Part shown: positions 50,006 through 59,919 of the stretch, piece by piece | Numbering within the stretch: the stretch's first letter is position 1 | Layout of the letters: the number at the start of each line of letters is the position of its first letter | DNA from: an uncultured Verrucomicrobiae bacterium | GTDB lineage: Bacteria; Verrucomicrobiota; Verrucomicrobiia; Limisphaerales; UBA11358 | Assembly: GCA_963762585.1 (NCBI GenBank) | Contig: CAVXLF010000020.1 | Location: forward strand, 33,913-97,912 | DNA: 64,000 nt | Reading direction: 5' to 3' | Translations under genes and position numbers: made by a program | The notes under the pieces: generated by a model | The model's database searches: none | Told to the model about the DNA's origin: nothing | The model's input: the letters and a program-made list of their open reading frames with translations, nothing else

Positions 50006-51172
50006 ATGAAAAAGCAAATAAAAGTTGGAGTTGTGGGATGCGGGTATTGGGGTCCCAATCTGGTGCGCAATCTCAGATCGCTCCCCGATTGCAATCTGAA
50101 GATTATGTGCGACATCAGTGAACAGCGTCTCGCGCATCTGAAATCATTGTATCCGGAGGTGGAGGGGGAGGTGGATTACAACCATATGCTGAATGGCGTC
50201 GGCCTGGATGCCGTGGTAATTGCCACGGCGGTGAAATCACATTATTCGATGGCCAAGGCCAGCCTGTTGTCGGGCAAGCACACCTTTATTGAAAAGCCGA
50301 TGGCGGGTTCATCCGAGGAATGCCAGGAATTGATCGAAATCGCGCAAAAAAAGGGGCTGGTATTGATGACGGGGCACACCTTTCTCTATTCCCCGGCAGT
50401 GAGAAAGATCAAGGAGATCGTCAAGAGTGGTGATATTGGAGAGATTCGTTACATCTGCGCCCGCCGATTGAACCTGGGGCTTTTTCAAAAGGATATTAAT
50501 GTGGCGTGGGATCTGGCTCCGCATGACGTTTCCATCATTTTGCACATCATGGGAGAGCGTCCCATCACCGTGAATTGCCAGGGCAGCGCCCATATTACAC
50601 CTGGGGTGGAGGACGTAACCACCATGTGGCTCGGTTTTCCCAGGGAGCGATCGGCCATTGTTCACAGCAGCTGGCTTGATCCTCGAAAAATCAGGGAAAT
50701 GACCATCGTCGGCAGCAAGCGGATGATCGTTTATGATGATGTTTCGCCGCTGGAAAAAATCCGGATTTTCGATGCGCGCGTTGAACGGCCGCCGCACTAC
50801 GATACCTTTGCCGAATTCCATTACGCCTACCACTATGGCGATGTCTATGTCCCCTATATCAAGCAGGAAGAGCCGTTGAAAAATGAATGTCAACATTTCC
50901 TGGACTGCATCAGGCATGGCACGCAGCCGTTGACTGACGGCAAAGACGGTTTGGAACTGGTCCGCATTTTGGAGGCATCCACGGAGTCCTTAAAAAGGGG
51001 CGGTGCTCCCATTTCTCTTGCCACGCAGCAAAATGCGGACAACGGTGCCGCGCCGGTTTCCGGGGCGTCAGCGCTTCGCCTGTCATTATTGACCTACGAG
51101 AAGGATGTGAAAAAGTCCACTCGCGGTCCGGGTCGTAAGCCGCAGGTAAAATTTCGGGCGCAAGGGCGATGA
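50006..51172 (+). CDS. Gfo/Idh/MocA NDP-sugar 3-dehydrogenase (WbpB-like), copy 1
   Basis: GCGYWGPN, EKP, GHTFLY, WDLAPHD. Confidence 0.88.
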   Translation: MKKQIKVGVVGCGYWGPNLVRNLRSLPDCNLKIMCDISEQRLAHLKSLYPEVEGEVDYNHMLNGVGLDAVVIATAVKSHYSMAKASLLSGKHTFIEKPMAGSSEECQELIEIAQKKGLVLMTGHTFLYSPAVRKIKEIVKSGDIGEIRYICARRLNLGLFQKDINVAWDLAPHDVSIILHIMGERPITVNCQGSAHITPGVEDVTTMWLGFPRERSAIVHSSWLDPRKIREMTIVGSKRMIVYDDVSPLEKIRIFDARVERPPHYDTFAEFHYAYHYGDVYVPYIKQEEPLKNECQHFLDCIRHGTQPLTDGKDGLELVRILEASTESLKRGGAPISLATQQNADNGAAPVSGASALRLSLLTYEKDVKKSTRGPGRKPQVKFRAQGR

Positions 51173-51179
51173 GTTCCTG

Positions 51180-51677
51180 GTGAGTTCTTCACAGCATTTG
51201 TTTCAGCGGATCGCCCCGGACGTGAAATTGGGCCGGAACGCCCGGATTTACGACTTCGTCAATCTTTACGGTTGTGAAATTGGGGACGACGTGAAGATTG
51301 GGACCTTTGTGGAGATTCAGAAGGGGGTCAAAATTGGAAGTCGGTGCAAGATCTCCAGTCACACTTTTATTTGTGAGGGTGTGACCCTGGAAGATCAGGT
51401 CTTCATTGGTCATAGCGTTACCTTCACCAACGATCTTTATCCTCGCGCCACGAGTGGCGACGGCCGGCTGCAAACCGAGGCTGATTGGAAATGCATTCGT
51501 ACGCTGGTTAAAAAAGGTGCTGCCATTGGCTCCGGTGCCACCGTACTTTGCGGTATTACCATTGGGGAAAATGCGATGATCGGAGCGGGCAGCGTGGTAA
51601 CCAAGGATGTTCCCGCCGGTGCGGTGGTTGCGGGCAACCCGGCCAGGGTCATGCGGTCGATTTCGCTGGATAAATGA
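51180..51677 (+). CDS. Hexapeptide-repeat N-acetyltransferase (WbpD-like), copy 1
   Basis: VNLYGC, FVEIQK, SSHTFIC, FTND, GAGSVV, GNPA. Confidence 0.88.
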   Translation: MSSSQHLFQRIAPDVKLGRNARIYDFVNLYGCEIGDDVKIGTFVEIQKGVKIGSRCKISSHTFICEGVTLEDQVFIGHSVTFTNDLYPRATSGDGRLQTEADWKCIRTLVKKGAAIGSGATVLCGITIGENAMIGAGSVVTKDVPAGAVVAGNPARVMRSISLDK

Positions 51678-51705
51678 TCCGGTTCTCCGGATAGTCTGAT
51701 TTTTA

Positions 51706-53955
51706 ATGAACGATCGGCAGCCAGACATGCAAAGTGGAGGAATGTCCCTGGGGGACATTTATTTTGTCTTGTTCCGGCAGAAATGGGTGATTTTGTTCTT
51801 CGCTCTTGCCGGAGTGATCGGGGCGGCGGTGTTGCTTTTTGTGGTCAAGCGGCCGCAATACCAATCGCAGGCCATGATCTCCATTCGTTATGTCGTGGAG
51901 GGAAAATCATTGAATCCGCCTGGAGATCAACAGACCACCCGGTCGTTGAATGAGGGGAGCGACAGCATCATTAACACGGAATTGACACTTATTAACAGCC
52001 TCGATCTGGATGAGCAAGTGGTTCAGGTGATGACGCCGGAAAGGATTCTGGCCGGGGTTGGAGGGGGCACCAATGCTGATCAAGCCGCCGCCTTGGTGAA
52101 AAGCGGTTTGACGGTGGAACAGATTCCCGCCAGCAGCGTCATTCGAATCACCTTTGAGAACCCGGACCGGGCGCTGACTCAGCCGGTCTTGAGTGAAATC
52201 ATAGATGCCTACCTTATGAAGCATGTCCAATTGCATCAGGGCATGGGGGTGTCGGATGAGTTTCTGACCAATGAAACGGTACGCCTGCGAGCCGAACTTG
52301 CCCAGACCGACAGTGATCTCCGGAGGATTAAAAGTGCTGCCGGAGTGATTTCTGTGGTGGACACGCAAAAGGGGTATGCCGACCAGATTTCAAAAATTCG
52401 CCAGGATATTTTTACCGCCAAGGATGAGCTGGCCGAACATCAAGCCCTGCTGGGGGAACTGGGAAAACCGCCGGAGACGAAACCGGAAGCCACCAATGCC
52501 GGACCGGCAGCGCCGATTCCTTCCGGGCAGATTGAGCAATATCAGAGAATTTGCGCGTTGCTTGGCTCGTTGCAGGATAAAGAGCAGAATTATCTGACGC
52601 AGCAGGGATTCACCATGGAAAACGTCCTGGTCAAGCAACTGGCTGAACAAATTGATCAAAACGAGGCACACAAACGCAGTCTCGAAGAAACCTATCCCGG
52701 ACTTCTGACGCTGAGCCTTCCCGCGCTGAATCCCGCCATTACCCCGCCGGGCGACGCGTCCATTAATTTGAGGGCCGAAGCTCAACGGGTAATGGCACTC
52801 AAAGCGAAGATCCAGGTGCTAAGTACGCAATTGAATCAGGTTTGGGCCGAGGCGACGAATTTCGACAATGTCAAGGCGACCATTTCGGACCTGGAGCAGA
52901 AGCGGGATGTGGAAGAAACCAATCTCAAATATTTCATGAGCTATTTGGAGGAGGCCCGGATAGACGCGGTATTGGGGGAAGACAAGGCTGCGAATATCAG
53001 CATCATTCAGGCTCCGTCACCGCCCACCAAAGGGTGGTCAAAACCGTTCAAGAAGAAAGTGGCGATGGTGGCGGTCGGGGGTATCGTGGTCGGGCTGGCG
53101 TTGGCGTTTCTGATCGAGCTTTTCCTGGATCGATCAATAAAACGTCCGGCCGACATCGAGACGAAATTGCGGTTACCTTTGTTCATTTCAATTCCGGCCA
53201 CGGCCAAGAATGGCCATCATTATCTGGAACGAACTGATAACCGGTTGCCAGCCGTCGGGGGCGAGGGTCAGGAAACCGCTGGAAAGCCGGCGTCGGGCGT
53301 GGCGGTGCGGAATCGCAATGATACGCTTCAGCGTTTTTATGAAGGTCTGCGCGACCGGCTGATCGTGTACTTTGAAACCAGGAACCTAACCCACAAGCCG
53401 AAGCTGGTGGCAGTAACCAGTTGTGGCCGCGGTGCCGGCGTCAGCAGCATCGCCACGGGCCTGGCCGCTTCACTTTCCGAGACCGGCGATGGCAACGTAC
53501 TATTGGTGAACATCAGTGGTGAGCAAGGTGCGGCGCAGCAATATTACAAAGGCAAGCCCAGTTGCAGTCTGGACGAAGCCCTGGAGACCGGCAAAAACCA
53601 GAGCACGTTGGTCAAGGCAAACCTATATGCCACCACGGAACAGGCTGGAGGCGACATGTTGCCTGCCAACCTGCCCAAAAAAATCTCGACGTTGATGCCC
53701 AAATTCAAGGCCAGCGATTATGACTACATTATTTTCGACCTGCCGCCGGTCACTCAGACCAGCGTAACGGCGCGGCTCAGCGGGCTGATGGACATGGTGT
53801 TGCTGGTGATTGAGTCGGAGAAGACGAATCAAGACGTGGTCAAGCGGGTAAATCAGTTGCTGGCGGAATCCAAGGCCACCGTCGGCACCGTGCTGAACAA
53901 GACCCGGAACTACGTTCCGCCGCGCTTGCATCAGGAATATTTGGACAACGTCTGA
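51706..53955 (+). CDS. Wzc-like polysaccharide co-polymerase with degenerate BY-kinase domain
   Basis: Wzz-type N-terminus, coiled coil, two TMs; P-loop SCGRGAGVSS, DYIIFDLPP. Confidence 0.85.
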   Translation: MNDRQPDMQSGGMSLGDIYFVLFRQKWVILFFALAGVIGAAVLLFVVKRPQYQSQAMISIRYVVEGKSLNPPGDQQTTRSLNEGSDSIINTELTLINSLDLDEQVVQVMTPERILAGVGGGTNADQAAALVKSGLTVEQIPASSVIRITFENPDRALTQPVLSEIIDAYLMKHVQLHQGMGVSDEFLTNETVRLRAELAQTDSDLRRIKSAAGVISVVDTQKGYADQISKIRQDIFTAKDELAEHQALLGELGKPPETKPEATNAGPAAPIPSGQIEQYQRICALLGSLQDKEQNYLTQQGFTMENVLVKQLAEQIDQNEAHKRSLEETYPGLLTLSLPALNPAITPPGDASINLRAEAQRVMALKAKIQVLSTQLNQVWAEATNFDNVKATISDLEQKRDVEETNLKYFMSYLEEARIDAVLGEDKAANISIIQAPSPPTKGWSKPFKKKVAMVAVGGIVVGLALAFLIELFLDRSIKRPADIETKLRLPLFISIPATAKNGHHYLERTDNRLPAVGGEGQETAGKPASGVAVRNRNDTLQRFYEGLRDRLIVYFETRNLTHKPKLVAVTSCGRGAGVSSIATGLAASLSETGDGNVLLVNISGEQGAAQQYYKGKPSCSLDEALETGKNQSTLVKANLYATTEQAGGDMLPANLPKKISTLMPKFKASDYDYIIFDLPPVTQTSVTARLSGLMDMVLLVIESEKTNQDVVKRVNQLLAESKATVGTVLNKTRNYVPPRLHQEYLDNV

Positions 53956-54036
53956 GGGGCAGGTGGAATGCAATCCGACAGGGATTGTGCGCAACCCGGG
54001 CCGCAGCGTGCTGATATCGGGTGCGTGGCATAAGGG

Positions 54037-55305
54037 ATGATTTCTCCGGAAACAAACCAGAACTCTTCAAGTCCGCGCACTTCCGGAGGTTCGAGTCGGT
54101 CGCGGCTTCACGGCAAGCGTGTGGCCGTTGTGGTTTTCTCGCATTATCCCAGCGACCCCCGTCCGCGCCGTGCCGCCGAGGTCCTGGTACAGCTTGGCAT
54201 GAAGGTCGAGGTTTTGTGCCTGGTGCAGGATAAGGGTGAATCCCGGCACGAAGTTTATAATGGAGTCAACATCCGCCGGATTTCTTTGAAGCGCCGCCGT
54301 GGCGGCAAGTTTTCATATGTATTCCAGTACTCCTCCTTCATTTTTATTTCATTTGTCATTCTGGCGTTTCGTTCGTTGAGGCGTCGCTATGATCTCGTCC
54401 ATGTCCATAACATGCCGGACGTGCTGGTCTTCGCGGCCCTGATTCCAAGGATTTTCGGCGCCAAAGTCATCCTGGACCTCCACGATCCCATGCCGGAGTT
54501 GATGATGACAATCTACAACCTGAAACCGGAAAGTTTTGCGGTCCGCCTTTTGAAAAAGTTTGAACGCTGGAGCATACACTTTGCGGATGTGGTGTTGACC
54601 GTCAATCAGGCCTGCCAAAAACTATTTGCATCCCGTGGCTGTCCGCCGGAAAAAATTCACGTGGTGATGAACTCACCTGACGAGGGGATTTTCAAATACC
54701 GGGACGCGCAGCGCAGCTTGAGCGAACGCACCCGGACGGAACCCTTCGTCATCATGTACCACGGTTCACTCGTCGAACGTCACGGTCTGGATATCGGGGT
54801 CCGGGCCTTGGGCCTTATCCAGGAAGCCATTCCGCTGGCCGAACTCAGGATTTACGGACAAAGGACCCCGTTTCTTGACCGGGTCTTGAATTCGGTGCAA
54901 GGTTCCAGCCTGGAAAAATCCGTCCGGTACCTGGGTCCCCGGACGCTCGAGCAAATCGCCGGGGCCATTGATGAATGCGATGTGGGGATTATTCCCAACC
55001 GCCGGAGCATATTTACGGAAATCAACACGCCAACGCGTATTTTTGAATACCTGTCCCGGGGCAAGCCGGTCATTGCTCCAGCTGTACCGGGAATTCAGGA
55101 CTACTTTTCCGACGGACAACTGGTTTTTTTCCAGCTGGGAGATGCCAATGACCTGGCGCGCCGGCTTGAATTTGTACGTCTAAACCCTGAAGCAGTCGCA
55201 AAGACGGTTGAATTGGGGCAGGCCGTTTATCGAAATCACCGGTGGAGTGAGGAGCAGATAAAGTTTACAAATCTCGTGGACGAATTGCTGGCGGTCCACG
55301 GCTAG
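54037..55305 (+). CDS. GT4 glycosyltransferase
   Basis: DPRPRR, HVHNMPD, DLHD, YHGSL, PTRIFEY..GKPVI. Confidence 0.9.
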   Translation: MISPETNQNSSSPRTSGGSSRSRLHGKRVAVVVFSHYPSDPRPRRAAEVLVQLGMKVEVLCLVQDKGESRHEVYNGVNIRRISLKRRRGGKFSYVFQYSSFIFISFVILAFRSLRRRYDLVHVHNMPDVLVFAALIPRIFGAKVILDLHDPMPELMMTIYNLKPESFAVRLLKKFERWSIHFADVVLTVNQACQKLFASRGCPPEKIHVVMNSPDEGIFKYRDAQRSLSERTRTEPFVIMYHGSLVERHGLDIGVRALGLIQEAIPLAELRIYGQRTPFLDRVLNSVQGSSLEKSVRYLGPRTLEQIAGAIDECDVGIIPNRRSIFTEINTPTRIFEYLSRGKPVIAPAVPGIQDYFSDGQLVFFQLGDANDLARRLEFVRLNPEAVAKTVELGQAVYRNHRWSEEQIKFTNLVDELLAVHG

Positions 55306-55409
55306 CGGATGGATTTACGCGTATTTTTTGAATGCGCGCCGGGGTTTGTGTTTTTGGTCAGGGTCGGGTCCGTGCCTTTTCCGCCAATCAAAATTTCGCC
55401 GATATTCGA

Positions 55410-57068
55410 ATGATAGGAGTCGCCGTTCACCCCACTGAGCAGGATGTGGTTGGGGAATTTTTTGAATTGTTCAAGACGCCGTGGGAGTTCCACCGGAACG
55501 ATGCCGAATACGACGTCCTGATTTGCACTCGCAAACAGGTTCCGCAGAATGCAGCGAAGATCATTTTGCATTACAGCGCGGAAGCTATCGGTTCGGATGC
55601 GGCGGCCGGGCTTTCGCTGAAAGCACGCAGCGGCGGCAGGAGGCTGATTTACAAAGGCCGGCGCATTCCGATTTACGGCGGGGCCGCAACTTTTCCCGGC
55701 AGTCAGTTTGCCCCGGTGGTTGAGGAAGACACGGGGGAGCCGGTCACCTTCACCGGGACTTCGGGCGGCCGAAGCATGCTGAGGATCGGCTATGATTTAT
55801 TCAAGGAGACGAATCAGATACTCAACACCGGGCAACCGGCGGCCAATGCCGGAAGTGCCACGCTGGAATTGCACATAGCCCTGCTGCGGGATCTGATCAC
55901 GAAATCGGGACTTCCGGTTGTCGAGATTCCCCCGGTTCCCGAAAAGCATAAATTCATCATCTGCCTGACACACGACATTGATCATCCGGTCCTCCGGAAT
56001 CATTGTTGTGATCGTACGATGGTTGGTTTCCTCTATCGGGCCACAATCGGAACCATCATCAACTTTTGTTGCGGAAGAAAATCGTTAAGGGACCTGTGCG
56101 CCAATTGGGTGGCGGCGCTGAAACTGCCTTTTGTCTATCTGGGGGTGGCAAGAGATTTCTGGCGCGGGTTTGATCGCTATCTGGAAATGGAAGCCGGACT
56201 GGGTTCCACCTACTTTGTGGTTCCCAGCAAGGATTATCCCGGGCGTCCGTTCGCGGGCAAGGTCGCTTCCCAGCGTGCGGTCCGTTACGACGTCGCCGAC
56301 GTCAGGCTGGAATTACAGAAGGTCATATCGTCCGGTGGCGAGGTTGGGTTGCATGGGATGGATGCCTGGGTGGACAGCACTCAAGGGCGTGAGGAATGTA
56401 ATCGGGTGTCACAGACATTGGATGCGACCGTAACCGGTGTGCGGATGCACTGGTTGTTTTTTGACGGCAATTCGCCGGCCGTTCTCGATCAGGCCGGTTT
56501 TTCCTACGATTCAACGATTGGTTACAACGAGACGGTGGGTTATCGTGCCGGCACCGGGCAGGTCTACCGACCGCCTGGTTCAGTGCATTTGTTGGAGTTG
56601 CCACTGCAAATCATGGACACGGCGCTGTTTTATCCAGGTTATCTGAACCTTTCCGAGCCGGAAGCCGAAAGGATGGTTTGGAAGCTGATTGATGGCGCGA
56701 CGGAATTTGGAGGCGCCCTGACGATCAACTGGCATGACCGCAGCATCGCCCCGGAGCGATTGTGGGGTGGTTTCTATCTGAAGTTGCTGCAGGAACTAAA
56801 AAGCCGGGGAGCCTGGTTTGCCACCGCAGCTCAAACCGTTTCCTGGTTCCGGAAGCGCCGTTCAGCAGTGGTTGGATTCGCGCCGGCGGAAGATGGAAAG
56901 ATTCGGATCCAGGCTTCCGTCAAGCCGGACAGCGGGTCGCCGGGGCTCAAAGTTCGGGTGCATAAACCCCAGACGTGGAATGGCGGGGGGGAAGCACCTG
57001 ACCGCTCGTCACCAAGCTTTGTGGACATGGATCTTACAGAAACAATTGATACTGAGATACAGCTCTGA
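55410..57068 (+). CDS. Polysaccharide deacetylase-like protein (CE4-related)
   Basis: CLTHDID, EVGLHG, GVRMHWL, YDSTIG, LQIMD, INWH. Confidence 0.75.
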   Translation: MIGVAVHPTEQDVVGEFFELFKTPWEFHRNDAEYDVLICTRKQVPQNAAKIILHYSAEAIGSDAAAGLSLKARSGGRRLIYKGRRIPIYGGAATFPGSQFAPVVEEDTGEPVTFTGTSGGRSMLRIGYDLFKETNQILNTGQPAANAGSATLELHIALLRDLITKSGLPVVEIPPVPEKHKFIICLTHDIDHPVLRNHCCDRTMVGFLYRATIGTIINFCCGRKSLRDLCANWVAALKLPFVYLGVARDFWRGFDRYLEMEAGLGSTYFVVPSKDYPGRPFAGKVASQRAVRYDVADVRLELQKVISSGGEVGLHGMDAWVDSTQGREECNRVSQTLDATVTGVRMHWLFFDGNSPAVLDQAGFSYDSTIGYNETVGYRAGTGQVYRPPGSVHLLELPLQIMDTALFYPGYLNLSEPEAERMVWKLIDGATEFGGALTINWHDRSIAPERLWGGFYLKLLQELKSRGAWFATAAQTVSWFRKRRSAVVGFAPAEDGKIRIQASVKPDSGSPGLKVRVHKPQTWNGGGEAPDRSSPSFVDMDLTETIDTEIQL

Positions 57069-57114
57069 CCTTGTGCGCCCGTGGAATTTGATGGGGGCAT
57101 TGACTTTTAAACAC

Positions 57115-58128
57115 ATGAACAACGATACGATGGTTTTGGCACAGCTTGGTTGCGGTTATTGGGGACCCAATCTGGTTCGGAACTTCTCCACCCTTCCCCA
57201 TTGCCGGATGAAATACGTGGTGGACGCGAGTCCCGAACGCCGGGCCTACGTCGAGACCAATTTCCCCCGCACCCAGGCTGTTGAGTCCAGCGAAGTGGTC
57301 CTGGCTGATCCGGAAGTGAAGGGAGTGATCATCGCCACTCCAGCCGGGACCCATTTCACGCTCGCGAAGCAGGCGCTGCTGGCGGGCAAGCATGTATTCG
57401 TGGAAAAGCCGCTGGCCACAAAGGTGGCGGAAGTGGATGAGCTGGCCGGCTACGCCAGCGCGGGAAAACTCGTCGTCATGGCCGGGCATACCTTTATTTT
57501 TAACGCTGCGGTTCGCTACGTAAAAAAGCTGATTGAAAACGGGGAGCTGGGTGAAATCCGCTACATTTACAGCCAGCGGCTGAACCTGGGCCGCATCCGG
57601 TCGGACATTGACGCATTATGGAATTTCGCCCCGCATGACATCAGCATCATTCAATATTGGCTGGGAAATCCCGAGCCGCTGGCGGTTTCGCGGCTGGGCA
57701 TGGATTACATGCAGGAGCAGGTGGATGACGTCGTTTTCCTCAGCCTGGTTTATCCCGGCAAAATCATGGCCAACATTCATGTCAGCTGGCTCGATCCGCA
57801 GAAGGTCCGCAAAATGATCGTGGTCGGTTCGCGGAAGATGGTGGTGTACGATGACGTGGCCGACGACAAAATCGCCATTTATGACAAGGGCATTGATCGC
57901 AAGGCGATTCTGGGTCAGAACATGGACTTTGACAATCCGCCCCGCCTGCAATTTGATTATCGCAGCGGCGACATCCTTCTGCCGCAAATCAAGTTCAGCG
58001 AGCCACTCCGGGCGGAAGCCGAACATTTTGTCGATTGCATCCGCCACCAGCGCGTTCCGTTGACCGGGATCGATCACGCGCGCAAGGTGGTCTCAATTCT
58101 TGAACGGTCCAAGCCGTTCCGCGGCTGA
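57115..58128 (+). CDS. Gfo/Idh/MocA NDP-sugar 3-dehydrogenase (WbpB-like), copy 2
   Basis: GCGYWGPN, EKP, GHTFIF, WNFAPHD. Confidence 0.88.
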   Translation: MNNDTMVLAQLGCGYWGPNLVRNFSTLPHCRMKYVVDASPERRAYVETNFPRTQAVESSEVVLADPEVKGVIIATPAGTHFTLAKQALLAGKHVFVEKPLATKVAEVDELAGYASAGKLVVMAGHTFIFNAAVRYVKKLIENGELGEIRYIYSQRLNLGRIRSDIDALWNFAPHDISIIQYWLGNPEPLAVSRLGMDYMQEQVDDVVFLSLVYPGKIMANIHVSWLDPQKVRKMIVVGSRKMVVYDDVADDKIAIYDKGIDRKAILGQNMDFDNPPRLQFDYRSGDILLPQIKFSEPLRAEAEHFVDCIRHQRVPLTGIDHARKVVSILERSKPFRG

Positions 58129-58148
58129 ACCGGCAAATCCAGCAATTT

Positions 58149-58628
58149 ATGGGGGAACCAAAAATTCGAAGTGTCGGGGTGGTGGACGTTACCTTTGGGG
58201 AAAATGTCACCATCGTCGAACCGGTCAATTTGTACGGCTGCGTCATTGGCGACGACAGTGCCATCGGTCCGTTTGTTGAAATTCAACGCGGGGCCGTGAT
58301 TGGGAAACGCTGCCGGATTCAATCGCACGCATTCATTTGTGATCTGGTGACCATTGGTGACGACTGCTTTGTCTCACACGGGGCGATGTTTATCAATGAC
58401 CCCTTCGCCATTGGGGGTCCGGGAATGCGCAACCGTGAGGTCTGGCGCACCACCACAATTGGCTGTCATGTCAGCATTGGCACGAATGCCACCATCCTGC
58501 CCGTTACCATCTGCGATGGAGTCGTCATTGGGGCCGGGTCAGTGGTGACCCGGGATATTTCCGAGGCCGGCATATACGCGGGCAATCCGGCACGGCTTTT
58601 GCGGCGTCTGACGAATCGTCCGAAATAA
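58149..58628 (+). CDS. Hexapeptide-repeat N-acetyltransferase (WbpD-like), copy 2
   Basis: VNLYGC, FVEIQR, QSHAFIC, FIND, GAGSVV, GNPA. Confidence 0.88.
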   Translation: MGEPKIRSVGVVDVTFGENVTIVEPVNLYGCVIGDDSAIGPFVEIQRGAVIGKRCRIQSHAFICDLVTIGDDCFVSHGAMFINDPFAIGGPGMRNREVWRTTTIGCHVSIGTNATILPVTICDGVVIGAGSVVTRDISEAGIYAGNPARLLRRLTNRPK

Positions 58629-58745
58629 TTTTGGCCGGCAGGCGCGGAAAAGTATTGATTGAAACATTCCGTCCCGGCCGGCCCGACTGATAATTTAATT
58701 TATATGACATCCACTCAAACCCTGAAACCGGGCGCGGCACGCGCG

Positions 58746-59855
58746 ATGAAAGTTCCCTTTGTTGACCTTTACGCTCAATATCAGAGCATCAAGCCGCAAA
58801 TTGATGCCGCGATTGCTGATGTGATAACCCGGTCCGCCTACATTCGCGGACCGCACGTTGAGAACTTCGAACAAGGCTGGGCCAAAGCCATGGGCGTGCG
58901 GCATTGTGTTTCCTGCGCCAATGGGACGGATGCAATCTACATCACCATGCGTGGCCTCCAATTACAGCCCGGGGACGAGGTCATCACCACGGCTCATTCC
59001 TGGATTGCCACCTCGGAAACCATCACCCAAGCCGGGGGGCGGGTTGTGTTTTGTGACACCGATGACGACTGCTTCACGATCAATCCCGCGTTGATTGAGG
59101 CCAAAATCACCCCCCGCACCGTGGGCATCATCCCGGTCCACCTTTATGGTCAATCGGCGGACATGGAAGCCATCATGGCGATTGCAGCGAAGCACAAACT
59201 CTGGGTCATCGAAGATTGTGCCCAGGCACATCTGGCACGATTCAAGGGCAGGCTCGTCGGCACGTTTGGCCACGCGGCCACATTTTCATTTTATCCGGGC
59301 AAAAACCTCGGGGCATATGGCGACGCCGGGTGCCTGGTGACCAACGATGATTCGTTGGCGGATTGGACGGCGACTTATGCGCGTCACGGCGGCAAGGGAG
59401 ATCATATCATGGAGGGCATAAACAGCCGGATGGACGGTTTGCAGGCGGCGATTCTGAACGTGAAACTGCCGCACCTGGCCGATTGGACCGCGGCCCGGCG
59501 GAAAGTGGCCTCCCGTTATGACGAACTGTTGCGCGGAGTGGGTGACGTTGTGACGCCCAAGACCGGCCGTGACCGCGATCATGTTTATCACCTTTACGTC
59601 ATCCGGACCGGGAAGCGGGACGCCCTAAAAAATTATCTGGCCGACGCGGGTATTGCCACCGTTCTGAACTATCCCAAGGCGCTGCCGTTTTATCCGGCTT
59701 ACGCCTACCTGGCCCACCAACCCGCAGATTTTCCCGTGGCCCATGCGAACCAGTCCCGCATTCTATCGCTGCCCGTTTATCCTGAGATGACAGATGAAAT
59801 GATTAATTGGGTGGCGGAGCAGGTTAAGAACTTTTTCAAGACTGGCGGCGTATAA
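58746..59855 (+). CDS. DegT/DnrJ/EryC1/StrS PLP-dependent aminotransferase (WbpE-like)
   Basis: VPFVDL, ANGTDA, PVHLYG, EDCAQ, SFYPGKNLGAYGDAG; alternative start 58704. Confidence 0.93.
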   Translation: MKVPFVDLYAQYQSIKPQIDAAIADVITRSAYIRGPHVENFEQGWAKAMGVRHCVSCANGTDAIYITMRGLQLQPGDEVITTAHSWIATSETITQAGGRVVFCDTDDDCFTINPALIEAKITPRTVGIIPVHLYGQSADMEAIMAIAAKHKLWVIEDCAQAHLARFKGRLVGTFGHAATFSFYPGKNLGAYGDAGCLVTNDDSLADWTATYARHGGKGDHIMEGINSRMDGLQAAILNVKLPHLADWTAARRKVASRYDELLRGVGDVVTPKTGRDRDHVYHLYVIRTGKRDALKNYLADAGIATVLNYPKALPFYPAYAYLAHQPADFPVAHANQSRILSLPVYPEMTDEMINWVAEQVKNFFKTGGV

Positions 59856-59919
59856 GCTGTTGGTTGATGTGCCGGTATTGGATTCCCGTTTACCAACCGC
59901 TTTTCAGCGGGCTCAGCCG

